A stretch of DNA of 64,000 nt from an uncultured Acidobacteriota bacterium (GCA_963721825.1 CAVRLE010000005.1:272757-336756), one strand, 5' to 3'. Counted from the first letter of the stretch, positions 1 to 8,823 are shown. Notes: generated by a model from the sequence alone, not told the origin. A program made the numbers and translations.

Positions 1-2
1 TC

Positions 3-122
3 GTGGAGGGACAAGCGATCCAAGATGCCTTGGACGGTTTGATGCGTCTCACGAAAGAAACGCTGGAATTCGCCGATTCGCTAGTCGAAGTCACTCGCGT
101 CGCCGGCAGAGCTTGGGCTTAG
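3..122 (+). CDS. C-terminal end of an unidentified protein (partial, runs off the window start)
   Basis: Frame 3 is open from the window edge to TAG at 120-122 (...QAIQDALDGLMRLTKETLEFADSLVEVTRVAGRAWA*). No family recognised. Confidence 0.25.
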   Translation: MEGQAIQDALDGLMRLTKETLEFADSLVEVTRVAGRAWA

Positions 123-427
123 TCCGGGGAAGGTGCGTCTATATTGGGCCGGAGACACTCTTCCCGTACTTGCGAACTTCGCATCCGTTGAGTTCCGTTG
201 CAGCCGATCACATCCAAGGCGGTGTAACGGCCTTCGCCTTTACAAACTCGGCAGCGCAGCGTAAAAGAGCTCACGGTAAACGAGCGCACGGTAGACTCAT
301 CGCGACTGCTCGCTTCCTGTTGCTTGAAACCACATCCCTTGCTCGCTGCAAATGACGAAAGAGGAATTGGCTGACGGCAATGAAAACAGAGAACCCCGGG
401 ATACTGCTGCTTCGCTTGAACTAGCAT
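119..427 (-). CDS. small hypothetical protein with two CxxC pairs (zinc-ribbon-like)
   Basis: ATG at 427 is preceded by GAGGT about 7 nt upstream. CFHC and CRVC motifs are present. No family recognised. Confidence 0.4.
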   Translation of the reverse strand: MLVQAKQQYPGVLCFHCRQPIPLSSFAASKGCGFKQQEASSRDESTVRSFTVSSFTLRCRVCKGEGRYTALDVIGCNGTQRMRSSQVREECLRPNIDAPSPD

Positions 428-597
428 TATTTACCTCGCTCGTGACTTAGAAGCTGGGAGGGTGGATTCTGCGCTCGGCCGGGCATATCGAGCGAGCGAA
501 AGCAAGACAGGTGTTGTGGACGGGATGGGAGCTCACTGTCAGCGTGTACCGAACTCCCACTCCGGCACGCAAAAAGCTGCGCCTGGTAATCCAACCC

Positions 598-1308
598 CTA
601 TTTCCTGGCGGATTCCTTTCTTGACTCGTTTCTCGGCGAATTCTTGTCGAGTACCCTGATCAGATGACGGCCGGATTCCGGCACACCGACTTTTCCGCCG
701 ATCACGATCTCCCTTGCCGTGAGTTTACGGCCGTAGACATCTTGGGTGGCATCGTCGTCGGGTCGAAGCGTAGAACCCTCGAGCGAAATGCCGGCAAAAA
801 GACCACGCGTGCGCGAGTAGCTCAGAATTTCCGCACGCATGTAGGCGTCCGTATCCGCAGAAGCGTCGCGCCCCACAGGGCCTGCCGCCACCGAGGCATC
901 GCCGCCCAATTTCACTTTGCTGCTGAGAATCGAATCCGCACCTCTCTCGTTCATCACGAGCAGTACGAGATCCGTGGCTTGGCCGCCGATTTGGAATCCG
1001 ATACTGCCGCCTTCGAGTGCGTACATTGCGGGCGAACCCCACGGTCCTCGGAAACGCTCGCCGGTGCGGCAAACCATTGCGCCGCGGCCATAGCTTGCTC
1101 CGACCACGAAGGCCGCCTTCAGAACGGACGGAAATACAATTACGCACTCTGCTTTCTCCATGACGTCTTGCGGGATGTTATCGGGGACATTCATGATCTC
1201 TTGCATCACGACGCCACAATTTTCCAGTCGCTCCTGTTCCTTATTCGCGGCGTAAAGCACTGCCGTTGCAAGCATGAAACACACAGTCAAAGTTATGTTA
1301 CGAATCAT
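598..1308 (-). CDS. SYLF / Ysc84-like (DUF500) lipid-binding domain protein with signal peptide
   Basis: N-terminal hydrophobic signal. Characteristic stretches: FPSVLKAAFVVGASYGRG, GGSIGFQIGGQATDLVLLVMN, GGDASVAAGPVGR. GGAGG lies 6 nt upstream of the ATG. Confidence 0.85.
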   Translation of the reverse strand: MIRNITLTVCFMLATAVLYAANKEQERLENCGVVMQEIMNVPDNIPQDVMEKAECVIVFPSVLKAAFVVGASYGRGAMVCRTGERFRGPWGSPAMYALEGGSIGFQIGGQATDLVLLVMNERGADSILSSKVKLGGDASVAAGPVGRDASADTDAYMRAEILSYSRTRGLFAGISLEGSTLRPDDDATQDVYGRKLTAREIVIGGKVGVPESGRHLIRVLDKNSPRNESRKESARK

Positions 1309-1378
1309 CGCTGACCTCCATGATCAGAATTGCGGTTGCGGATTGTAGCCTCACCGAGAACACAATCTCGGCTTCTCG

Positions 1379-2248
1379 TTACCCGATATTTACCCGGAAG
1401 GTCAGAGAAGGGTTATCGTACGCCACTGCATACCACAGTCCGTCCGCTCCCAGAATGAAGTACACGTTCTGCTGATAAAACCACGCCGGATATGCTCCTG
1501 CATAGAACCAATAGCCGCCGTAAGAGTACTCCCGGCGTCCGTGGTAGTAGCGCCCACCGTTTTCCTCAAAGCGGGAATAATGGTTAGGACCAAAACGACT
1601 TTCGTTGTATTCGTGTCCGTATCGATCTTTCTGACCATTTCGTGCGTACTGACCTTGTGATTGTTGCGCATGGCCATTGGCTTGTTGTTGGTGGTGCTCC
1701 TGACTTTTCTCTTCGTTCTGCTGAGTCTTGACCTGTTGCTGATGTTGATTCTCGTGTTGCTGTTGCTGGCTTTTCGCTTGTTGCTGTGTATTTCTCTGCT
1801 GGTTTTGTTCTTGGCTCTTGGCTTGTTGCTGTGAATGCTTCTGCTGATTCTGCTCTTGGTTCTTTGCTTGTTGCTGTGAATGCTTCTGCTGATTCTGCTC
1901 TTGGTTCTTTGCCTGTTGCTGTGTATGTTTCTGCTGGTTCTGCTCTTGGTTCTTTGCCTGTTGCTGTGTATGTTTCTGCTGGTTCTGTTCTTGGCTCTTC
2001 GCCTGTTGCTGTGGCTTCGCTTGCTGTTGCTGCTTCTCCGGTCTCGCCTGCTCCTGCTTTGCAGGCTTTGCTTGCTGTTCCTGTCTCTGAGGTTTGGCTT
2101 GTTCCTGCTTTGTAGCAGGCTTGACCTGTCCCTCATGCTGTGCTGGTTTAGCGCTCTCTTGGTGGTGCTCTTCCTGGGCGAACGCAGGAAGAGTCGCTCC
2201 GAGAAGCAAGAACATTGCTGTCGTGCTGATGACTCCAAGTGCTTTCAT
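1379..2248 (-). CDS. secreted Gln/Lys-rich tandem-repeat protein with aromatic C-terminal domain
   Basis: Start moved to the internal ATG at 2248 (MKALGVISTTAMFLLLGATLPAFAQ is a signal peptide; GGAGG upstream). Five 15-aa repeats KH(T/S)QQQAK(N/S)QEQNQQ. C-terminus GGYWFYAGAYPAWFYQQNVYFILGADGLWYAVAYD. Confidence 0.75.
   Translation of the reverse strand: MKALGVISTTAMFLLLGATLPAFAQEEHHQESAKPAQHEGQVKPATKQEQAKPQRQEQQAKPAKQEQARPEKQQQQAKPQQQAKSQEQNQQKHTQQQAKNQEQNQQKHTQQQAKNQEQNQQKHSQQQAKNQEQNQQKHSQQQAKSQEQNQQRNTQQQAKSQQQQHENQHQQQVKTQQNEEKSQEHHQQQANGHAQQSQGQYARNGQKDRYGHEYNESRFGPNHYSRFEENGGRYYHGRREYSYGGYWFYAGAYPAWFYQQNVYFILGADGLWYAVAYDNPSLTFRVNIG
1777..2001. repeat. tandem 45-bp repeat, 5 full copies (in-frame, inside the Q-rich CDS)
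   Basis: Units at 1777, 1822, 1867, 1912 and 1957. Units 2 and 3 are identical (cttgttgctgtgaatgcttctgctgattctgctcttggttctttg); the others differ by a few bases. Confidence 0.9.
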
Positions 2249-2344
2249 GACTGTTGCCTCCATTACTGAATCCGTGCGCCAGGCGTTAGTCGCCTGGCAC
2301 GGTTCTTTGAATGACACGCCGCTCATCCATCAATTTCGGCCTGC

Positions 2345-2536
2345 TCAAGCCCCAATTCGGACATGGGAAAGCGAATGAAATAATCCGAAAATATTCAGAA
2401 GCCATAAGACAACTGCGATTACTACGACAGCGTTCAAAATGGACTTGATCTGTCCCTGCATTGGAATAAAGCTATTGACCAACCAAAGCAGGACCCCGAC
2501 CACGACCAGAACCCCTAGTATTTGAAGTAACGGCAT
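2345..2536 (-). CDS. small two-TM membrane protein
   Basis: Internal ATG at 2536 with GGAG upstream. MPLLQILGVLVVVGVLLWLVNSFIP...VVVIAVVLWLLNIFGLF gives two hydrophobic helices. Confidence 0.55.
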   Translation of the reverse strand: MPLLQILGVLVVVGVLLWLVNSFIPMQGQIKSILNAVVVIAVVLWLLNIFGLFHSLSHVRIGA

Positions 2537-2826
2537 TTGCGACACTCCTTCTCTTCGCAGGTAGACACTCCGGCCCATGAAGGGCATTCACCGAATTTCT
2601 GTGTGGAATCGAAAGCTGCTAATGTCGGCTGAAGTGGAAGGGCCTGCGATCTCCACTGCTATTTAGCGGGGAAACGCTTAGGCCTGATTTCGCCCTGGTC
2701 CTTCACGCTTCACCGCAGACCAACATCTTAGAAGGAGCCCTTAGACGTATCTGTTCACTTGTGCACACATTCGCGCTTCGCTTGCGAATTTCTCACCGCG
2801 TGCTACCATGACAGTTAAGAACGCTC

Positions 2827-3504
2827 GTGGCCCAGAAGCGTCCAAATCGCTCGAAATCCGTTGCCAAGAGGGTATTCAACACCCAGGAATTTCTCGATTC
2901 GGCGGGTGTGGCTCGGAAGGTCGCGGAATTCAAGAAAAAAGAAACGATTTTCTCACAAGGCGATCCGTGCAGGAATGTCTTCTACATTCAGACAGGCGGA
3001 GTAAGGCTCTCCGTAGTCAACGAATCTGGCAAAGAGGCGGTCGTGGCCGTCTTGGGACGGGGGGATTTCTTTGGCGAGGGATGCCTCGCCGGCCAGCCGA
3101 CTCGGATCGGAACAGCGACCTCCATCGCTTCTACCACCGCCCTGGTCATCGAAAAATCCGAAATGGTTCGCGTCCTCCATTCCGAACATGAGTTTTCCGA
3201 TCGTTTCATATCGTTTATGCTGGTGAGGAATATCCGAATCGAGGAAGACCTGGTCGATCAACTCTTCAATTCCAGCGAGAAGCGCTTGGCGCGCACGCTG
3301 CTCCTTCTCGCGCGCTATGGCAAGGAAGACAAACTCCAACGGGTTCTTCCCAAAGTCTCGCAAGAAATGCTCGCAGAAATGGTCGGCACCACGCGCTCCC
3401 GCGTAAATTTCTTCATGAACAAGTTCCGGAAGTTGGGTTTCATCAAGTACAACGGCGGCCTACAAATCGACAATTCACTCCTCAGCGTCGTCCTCCACGA
3501 ATGA
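2827..3504 (+). CDS. Crp/Fnr family transcriptional regulator
   Basis: cNMP-binding fold (FSQGDPCRNVFYIQTGGVRLSVVNESGKEAVVAVLGRGDFFGEGCLAG) plus C-terminal HTH (VSQEMLAEMVGTTRSRVNFFMNKFRKLGFI). Confidence 0.9.
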   Translation: MAQKRPNRSKSVAKRVFNTQEFLDSAGVARKVAEFKKKETIFSQGDPCRNVFYIQTGGVRLSVVNESGKEAVVAVLGRGDFFGEGCLAGQPTRIGTATSIASTTALVIEKSEMVRVLHSEHEFSDRFISFMLVRNIRIEEDLVDQLFNSSEKRLARTLLLLARYGKEDKLQRVLPKVSQEMLAEMVGTTRSRVNFFMNKFRKLGFIKYNGGLQIDNSLLSVVLHE

Positions 3505-3539
3505 TGTAATTATCTTAATGACTGAGCAAAGGGCATCAA

Positions 3540-4118
3540 TTACGCGCCCTTCGCGCGCGCCATCTCTGGCTCTCCGACCAGCTCCTCAAACAGCGTACGG
3601 TAGTGAATCATAGCCTGACGCAAATCTTCCGTGCTGGTCTTCCCCTGCGTTTGAAGAAGCGCGCTTTTGTGGGCTGCACGGTAATTTTCGAGTACGAGCG
3701 GATGATCCACCGAGATATCCGCGGCTCGCTGTTCGAAGTCGCCGACGGGATAACCCCGCGTGGACATCACGTCGCCCAGTAGCTGGTCGGCGTCCGTCAC
3801 GGCGCCACCGGGGCTGTCAACGAATCGCGCCTGTACTTTCGTCCAAGAGTCGATAAACCTGGTACGATCGCCCTGAGCCAGCTCTCGGATGTGCAAGCCC
3901 TCGACTCGGTCAGCTAGCTGGTCGAGTACTGCTTCTGCTTTCCGCTGGCCCCCGCCTTCTTTCACGGCGCGATCATATTCAGCACCACCAAACTGAGTGC
4001 GCAGTCTTTCCGTTCGGCGTTTACGATTGAAGAACCAAGCGAGGATGCCGACGACTGCTATAACCGCCACAGCAACGACGATCGAGATTTGTGTCGTGCT
4101 TGCATCTGTTAAGTTCAT
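3540..4118 (-). CDS. membrane-anchored hypothetical protein
   Basis: Single N-terminal TM (ISIVVAVAVIAVVGILAWFF) followed by a helical soluble domain. Its start overlaps the stop of the upstream small ORF (ATGA at 4115-4118). Confidence 0.7.
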   Translation of the reverse strand: MNLTDASTTQISIVVAVAVIAVVGILAWFFNRKRRTERLRTQFGGAEYDRAVKEGGGQRKAEAVLDQLADRVEGLHIRELAQGDRTRFIDSWTKVQARFVDSPGGAVTDADQLLGDVMSTRGYPVGDFEQRAADISVDHPLVLENYRAAHKSALLQTQGKTSTEDLRQAMIHYRTLFEELVGEPEMARAKGA

Positions 4119-4378
4119 GATTTATCTCCAATTGCAGTCAAACTCCCTGAGTCCCATCCAGAAATCGGCCCGCCGTCAGATGAAATGAAAGTCTTTGCCG
4201 GGGCTGATCTCACCGCGTACGCCCGAACTCGTCTCGTGACTTCATAGATGCCCTTGCCAACAGCGAGAGAGACGGCAACACAGATGATTAGAGAGACAAA
4301 AAGCGCGACGTACCCAAAAATAAAGATCGCGAAAGCGGCGATCACCTGCAGTGCGATATTAAATGGAGCAAAACCCAT
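4115..4378 (-). CDS. small membrane protein, translationally coupled to 3540..4118
   Basis: Two hydrophobic helices. 4-nt stop/start overlap with the downstream gene. Confidence 0.55.
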   Translation of the reverse strand: MGFAPFNIALQVIAAFAIFIFGYVALFVSLIICVAVSLAVGKGIYEVTRRVRAYAVRSAPAKTFISSDGGPISGWDSGSLTAIGDKS

Positions 4379-4522
4379 GGGCTACCTCTTGCTGGGGCTG
4401 CCTTTTCAGAAGAATTCTGCACGGAAGTCAGATTAGCGAGAGGCATGACGGAAATCTGTACCGTTGTGAACACATTTGAGAGCCTTCAAAAAGAGATGTC
4501 TATTGCGACACCTTGGTGAGTC

Positions 4523-4726
4523 TTGGGCGTCTGGCTGACCATCAACGGCTTCGCCTATCTGGCCATGAGCTTTACGGGCTTACTGTTACCGCAATACGAG
4601 GATACGGTCTCTAACATCGCCTTCCCCGCGCAACTTGGAGAGGTGGCGCTCATGCTGTGGCTCGTGATCAAGGGCGCAAAGCCGCAACTGCTGGACGCCG
4701 CAGCCTCATCGTCAGCGGGTGGTTAA
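4523..4726 (+). pseudogene. C-terminal remnant of a DUF4386-type membrane protein
   Basis: Only about 65 aa (…LLPQYEDTVSNIAFPAQLGEVALMLWLVIKGAKP), resembling the last helices of roughly 230-aa DUF4386 proteins. An in-frame TGA lies at 4517-4519 just upstream, and no N-terminal part is found in any frame. Confidence 0.45.
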
Positions 4727-4912
4727 GCGCATTGCTGGTGTTTGACAACTCCGGCGTTTTCATCGGGTCCGGATAGATGTTGGGAAATCCGCTTATCACT
4801 ACCAATCTCAAAATGACATTTCGCTGCGTCCTAAGCCACTCCGTTTTCGGGCTGAGCAGTCCTCTTGTGAGTTGTGTGCCCTCCCCAGCGAGTGGGTTAC
4901 GAGAATTGGCCC

Positions 4913-6523
4913 TCACATCTTCGCTAGATACTTCCTGGCGTCCTGGACTTCAGGCCTATCTCCGCCGGCATGGCCGCAGATGGCGAGCAGCCGGGCGTAG
5001 TAGCTCTTTGCTTTCTCGCGGTTGCCGGACAACTGGGCAGCTCGCGCCGCCCCCGAGAGTGCGTTGAATCGGTTTGGCGCAGTGCGAAGCGTGGCTTCGA
5101 AGGCCACAAGCGCCTCGACCGGCTGCTTCGATTCGAGCAGCATTTCTCCCAGCAGTTCGCGAGCCGGTAGGATAACCCCTGGAGTAACGGCGTGCTTGTC
5201 AGTAGTATCTTCGTGGTCGGCGGCGGAACGCATCTGGCGCAGCGCTTCCTCCTTCTTGCCCTCCGCCCACGTTAGCCATGCTGTTACAGTCTCCCGCTGA
5301 ATATCCAACTGCTCGGCCCAGTATTTCTCATTCGCCTGGACCAGCGTGTCGCGAAGCGACGTGAGGTGCTGCAAACTCTTTTGCGCAGACTCGGTGCCGC
5401 CGACCCGGGAAGCGCCCAGAGCTCGCGCAAAATGGATATTTGCTTCGGTCCAGGATAACCGCCCGCCTGGGAATACGTCCGGCGGCACGGTCAGCGCTGA
5501 GGCTTCCGCCCAGCGGTGTCGTTCCACAGCGTATCGCGCCGGCATGCTGGCGATGGCGTAAAGCCCGGCGAAATATACCGGGTCGTTCTTTCGAACCTGT
5601 GGCACTGCCTCAAACACCTTCCTGGCCTCTACATCTTGGGCTCCCTGCAGATAGGCGTAGACCAGGTAATCCATTGCGTGCAGTTGGTCGCCTTGCGCAT
5701 TGTCTTTTTGGGCGGCTGCTGCGGAGGCAACATTCGATTCGATAGACTCCTGCCAGTACCCAAGCCGCGTGAAGATATGCGAGGGCATGTGCAGCGCGTG
5801 GGACGAATCGGGAGCGATTTTCGCGTAGCGTTGCGCTGCGTCCAGCGCGCGGTCAGCCAACATAGGATAGTCGTAGCAGTGGATGATGTAGTGAGCTAAG
5901 CCGGGATGCTCCGGCTGCTCGGCAAAAACCTTCTCCAGAATTGCGCCAGCCTTCCTCTGGTTCGCATAGGTCTTGTCGCTGGGAGGTGCGTTTCCCCGCA
6001 CGGCCAGCGCATAGAAAATGGCCGCTTCCCGGTCGTCGGGATAGCTCGCTTGGAGTTGCTCCATTGCCTTCTCGTAGGCCAATGCGCGTGTGCGATGATC
6101 GAGCTTATCGGAGTCCTTGTAGAAGATCTCGATGGCGGCAATGTAGTCGCGCTCTCGCTGCGTTTTGGCGTCTGCCGATTTCGCTCTCTCGACAGCAGCC
6201 CAACCTTGTTTCAAGGCCGTCTGGTTCGGCGCTTCCCAAATGGGATGGTAATACGTCATTGCGAGGCCCCACAAAGCCATTCCGCAGGCGGGATCTTTTT
6301 CAGCGACTTCGGCGAATGCCCCCTCGGCCTTTTCGTATCCGAACGAATGGAGGATGGCCACGGCGCGATTGAATCCCGGCTGCACAGCAGGGTCACAGGA
6401 AATGGCAAAGTTCACTTTGCCAAACCGACCGAGCTCTCCTGCGGGGTGCTGGTGCTGGGAAATTGCAGACGGCACGAGCGCCAACCATGCGAGCGCAAGG
6501 TACAAAACACGTTTCATTCTCAC
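4913..6523 (-). CDS. secreted TPR-like repeat protein
   Basis: Signal peptide MRMKRVLYLALAWLALVPSAISQ. All-helical repeat sequence with TPR-like A/Y/L periodicity. C-terminus ...GNREKAKSYYARLLAICGHAGGDRPEVQDARKYL. Confidence 0.8.
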   Translation of the reverse strand: MRMKRVLYLALAWLALVPSAISQHQHPAGELGRFGKVNFAISCDPAVQPGFNRAVAILHSFGYEKAEGAFAEVAEKDPACGMALWGLAMTYYHPIWEAPNQTALKQGWAAVERAKSADAKTQRERDYIAAIEIFYKDSDKLDHRTRALAYEKAMEQLQASYPDDREAAIFYALAVRGNAPPSDKTYANQRKAGAILEKVFAEQPEHPGLAHYIIHCYDYPMLADRALDAAQRYAKIAPDSSHALHMPSHIFTRLGYWQESIESNVASAAAAQKDNAQGDQLHAMDYLVYAYLQGAQDVEARKVFEAVPQVRKNDPVYFAGLYAIASMPARYAVERHRWAEASALTVPPDVFPGGRLSWTEANIHFARALGASRVGGTESAQKSLQHLTSLRDTLVQANEKYWAEQLDIQRETVTAWLTWAEGKKEEALRQMRSAADHEDTTDKHAVTPGVILPARELLGEMLLESKQPVEALVAFEATLRTAPNRFNALSGAARAAQLSGNREKAKSYYARLLAICGHAGGDRPEVQDARKYLAKM

Positions 6524-6681
6524 TTTGACCTTCCGTACAGGTTCCTTGCCGAGGATGGTGAATTGAGGAATCCTAAACGGAAGTATACACGCAGCGCAAT
6601 CACCTCCGAGATGCTAGTGGCTGATTAGCCGGATAATCGCAAACTAGGCTTTGCAAACGCGTCGGGCATTCCCGTGCGGAC

Positions 6682-6757
6682 AGATGTTGATAAATCCTCT
6701 TCGCACCAGGCATCTCAGACTGAGATAGCTAGTGATAATCCCTGTTGGCGACAATAG
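6682..6757. repeat. imperfect-palindromic intergenic element, copy A
   Basis: agatgttgataaatcctcttcgcaccaggcatctcaga|ctgagatagctagtgataatccctgttggcgacaatag. It contains the exact 27-mer ctgagatagctagtgataatccctgtt at 6720-6746. Confidence 0.85.
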
Positions 6758-6845
6758 TCCTGTCGAGCGTCTCGTCGACTTAAATTCGTCCGCAGTCATG
6801 GTGAACTTGACTAGAATGTATCAACGCAACAACGGAGGCATACCA

Positions 6846-7403
6846 ATGACGCCTGCCGAACGTGAACGAGCAGCCGCTTATTTGGCGGAAACACGCGAGA
6901 ACTTGGTGTGCTCGACGCGAAACCTCTGGCGTGCCCAACTGCAATTCAAGCCCGCGCCGGACCGCTGGTCCGTTGCCGAATGCCTAGAGCACATTGTCGT
7001 CGTGGAGGGGCTTATTCTGAGCAACATTGAAAAGACGTTGCAGCAGGCGCCCGCTTCTTCCAAACCAGCCATGAGCGACGACGAAATCCTGTGCACGATC
7101 GTCAATCGCACGTTTCGCGTGAAAGGCCCGGAACGCCTCATGCCTACGGGCCGATGGTCGCACGACCAGTTACTCAGCGAATTTGACGCGGCCCGCAAGC
7201 GCACATGCGACTTCGTCGCCTCCACAAAGGCGCCGCTCCGCGAACACGGCTACCCACACCCACTGTTCGGTCAGTTCGATTGCTACCAGTGGCTCCTTGC
7301 AATTGGAGGACACGGCGAACGTCACCGCGCCCAGGCGGAAGAAGTAATGGCCGAAGGGGATTTCCCGCATTTAAGTCTCCCGCACTTAAGTACGGGGATG
7401 TGA
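6846..7403 (+). CDS. DinB-family (DinB_2) metal-dependent four-helix-bundle protein
   Basis: WSVAECLEHIVVVE and GHGERHRAQAEEV motifs. ATG at 6846 with GGAGG 9 nt upstream. The longer ORF-track start at 6732 lies inside repeat A. Confidence 0.85.
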   Translation: MTPAERERAAAYLAETRENLVCSTRNLWRAQLQFKPAPDRWSVAECLEHIVVVEGLILSNIEKTLQQAPASSKPAMSDDEILCTIVNRTFRVKGPERLMPTGRWSHDQLLSEFDAARKRTCDFVASTKAPLREHGYPHPLFGQFDCYQWLLAIGGHGERHRAQAEEVMAEGDFPHLSLPHLSTGM

Positions 7404-7456
7404 GATCTTTCGTCGCATTCTGAGATAGCTAGTGATAATCCCTGTTCGCAACATCT
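7401..7456. repeat. imperfect-palindromic intergenic element, copy C (degenerate left arm)
   Basis: It begins on the DinB stop codon. The exact 27-mer lies at 7420-7446, followed by cgcaacatct as in copy B. Confidence 0.85.
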
Positions 7457-7502
7457 ATCTGAGCGGCGGTGTCCAATAAGCGCGTTTTTGTCAGGCCTAA
7501 CA

Positions 7503-8354
7503 ATGCCTCCTTCGCAAGAATCCGATATATTGCTGCACAGTATGGTGCTCAGCCCGCGAACCAAATTTAAACTAAGGCACGTCCCTGCTGTCTGGTCGAT
7601 TTTGTTGCTCGTCGTCACCGTCGGAGTCGTGCTTCCTTCGATGCTCGGGCAGACCGAATCGCCGATTCGAGGCACCGTAGTAACAGGTGATGGTAAGCCT
7701 ATAGCGGACGTGAAGGTGTACGGCAGCATGTCGAAGTCCTGTTGTCCCTTCAAACGCGAACAAACAACCACTGATAAAGAAGGGCAATTCCGCCTTGAGC
7801 ATCCGGGGGCTGTTATTCATTTTTGGAAAGAGAGCCTTCAACCTCAAGCGTTAGTTCTAAAGGGGGGAACGTCGGAAATTCGCATAGCCATGGTCGCACC
7901 CGCAGACAGTCTGATAGTGCGTGCTTGTGGAAAGGCCAGCCCGGGACAGCAACAGATTGGTTGGGGCAAGTATGGTCTGCGGTTCGAAGTCCCAACCCGC
8001 GCAGTAAAAATACTGGGCGGAAAACCCGATGTGGACTATGTCCGCTATGTAATCAAGCCCAAGTCGGGCGAAGCATTTTTGGAGCTTTGGTTCGGGCCAT
8101 ACGCAATCAACACAGACCCGGACGACGACATGTTCATTAACTCCGCCAAGTTCGGGCAGCGAAATATAGTTACTGCTGACGGTGAGGTGGTTGGCAAAGA
8201 CAGTTGGGGGGAGCTGGCTGGCGGCGCAATGTGGCGCCAAACGGCTGTCGTAGCTGAGGGAGGTTCTGTATATCGAAGCGCGAATCCGCAAGCCGCCGAC
8301 CTGTTCAACCAGTTCGTCGATTCAATATGTCAAGTTCCTTACCCCAGTCGGTAA
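7503..8354 (+). CDS. hypothetical exported protein with N-terminal carboxypeptidase-regulatory-like (CarboxypepD_reg) domain
   Basis: TM/signal VPAVWSILLLVVTVGVVLPSMLG, then IRGTVVTGDGKPIADVKVYG...TTTDKEGQFRL. Start is uncertain (TTG 7488, ATG 7503 or ATG 7542). Confidence 0.65.
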   Translation: MPPSQESDILLHSMVLSPRTKFKLRHVPAVWSILLLVVTVGVVLPSMLGQTESPIRGTVVTGDGKPIADVKVYGSMSKSCCPFKREQTTTDKEGQFRLEHPGAVIHFWKESLQPQALVLKGGTSEIRIAMVAPADSLIVRACGKASPGQQQIGWGKYGLRFEVPTRAVKILGGKPDVDYVRYVIKPKSGEAFLELWFGPYAINTDPDDDMFINSAKFGQRNIVTADGEVVGKDSWGELAGGAMWRQTAVVAEGGSVYRSANPQAADLFNQFVDSICQVPYPSR

Positions 8355-8440
8355 TATATTTTGCATTTTCAGTCATGAATCATCACTGAGTACCAAGTGA
8401 CGGGATTCACCTCGCTCCATGTGACAGTCTCGTCCGCATT

Positions 8441-8514
8441 GGTGTTGATAAATCCGCTTCGCACTAGCTATCTCAGTCTGAGATAGCTAGTGATAATCCC
8501 TGTTCGCAACATCT
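8441..8514. repeat. imperfect-palindromic intergenic element, copy B (most complete)
   Basis: Perfect 15-bp inverted repeat 8462-8476 / 8478-8492 (cactagctatctcag t ctgagatagctagtg). Outer inverted ends are gtgttg...caacat. The exact 27-mer lies at 8478-8504. Confidence 0.9.
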
Positions 8515-8551
8515 ATTTCAGGCGGAACTCCTGGGACTGTAGAATCGGTCA

Positions 8552-8770
8552 ATGGCAAGCGTATGGGTACGATGGCAGAACTCACCGGGCGAGCATACTG
8601 AAATAACCATCAATGACGTCGTGGGTGAGGCAACCCTGGCGTTGGGCGAGTACAAGTGCGAGGCGTTCGGTGAACGCCACAATCCAAAAACGTATATCGT
8701 GAAAACGAATAAGGGACCGTTCGTGCTCTGCCGTCGGTGCTGTAGGCTAATCGGCTTGCCGACGCGTTAA
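8552..8770 (+). CDS. small hypothetical protein
   Basis: 72-aa ORF starting 38 nt after repeat B. C-terminal CRRCC motif. No clear SD sequence and no family recognised. Confidence 0.4.
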   Translation: MASVWVRWQNSPGEHTEITINDVVGEATLALGEYKCEAFGERHNPKTYIVKTNKGPFVLCRRCCRLIGLPTR

Positions 8771-8823
8771 TGAATCCCGGGTCTGACCGGACCGACTTTT
8801 TGTACCACGGCGAATGAGAGAGT

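Noticed and set aside
1777-2001. Possible CRISPR array or minisatellite
   Set aside because: The units are contiguous 45-bp repeats without spacers. They lie in frame inside a signal-peptide-bearing ORF, so this is a coding tandem repeat, not CRISPR.
5906-6628. 240-aa plus-strand ORF (and other long ORFs at 664..1314, 20968..22062, 35336..35911, 51465..52067)
   Set aside because: All lie antisense to, or out of frame within, genes with clear family signatures. Their Arg/Pro/Gly/Ser-rich compositions are typical of spurious ORFs in high-GC DNA.
6682-8514. Reading the palindromic elements as canonical integron attC sites
   Set aside because: Canonical attC has RYYYAAC at the 5' end and GTTRRRY at the 3' end. 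Here the outer motifs run the other way on both strands (5'-GTTG...CAAC-3'). No intI is in the window. The element is kept only as 'attC-like or cassette-like pending a model search'.
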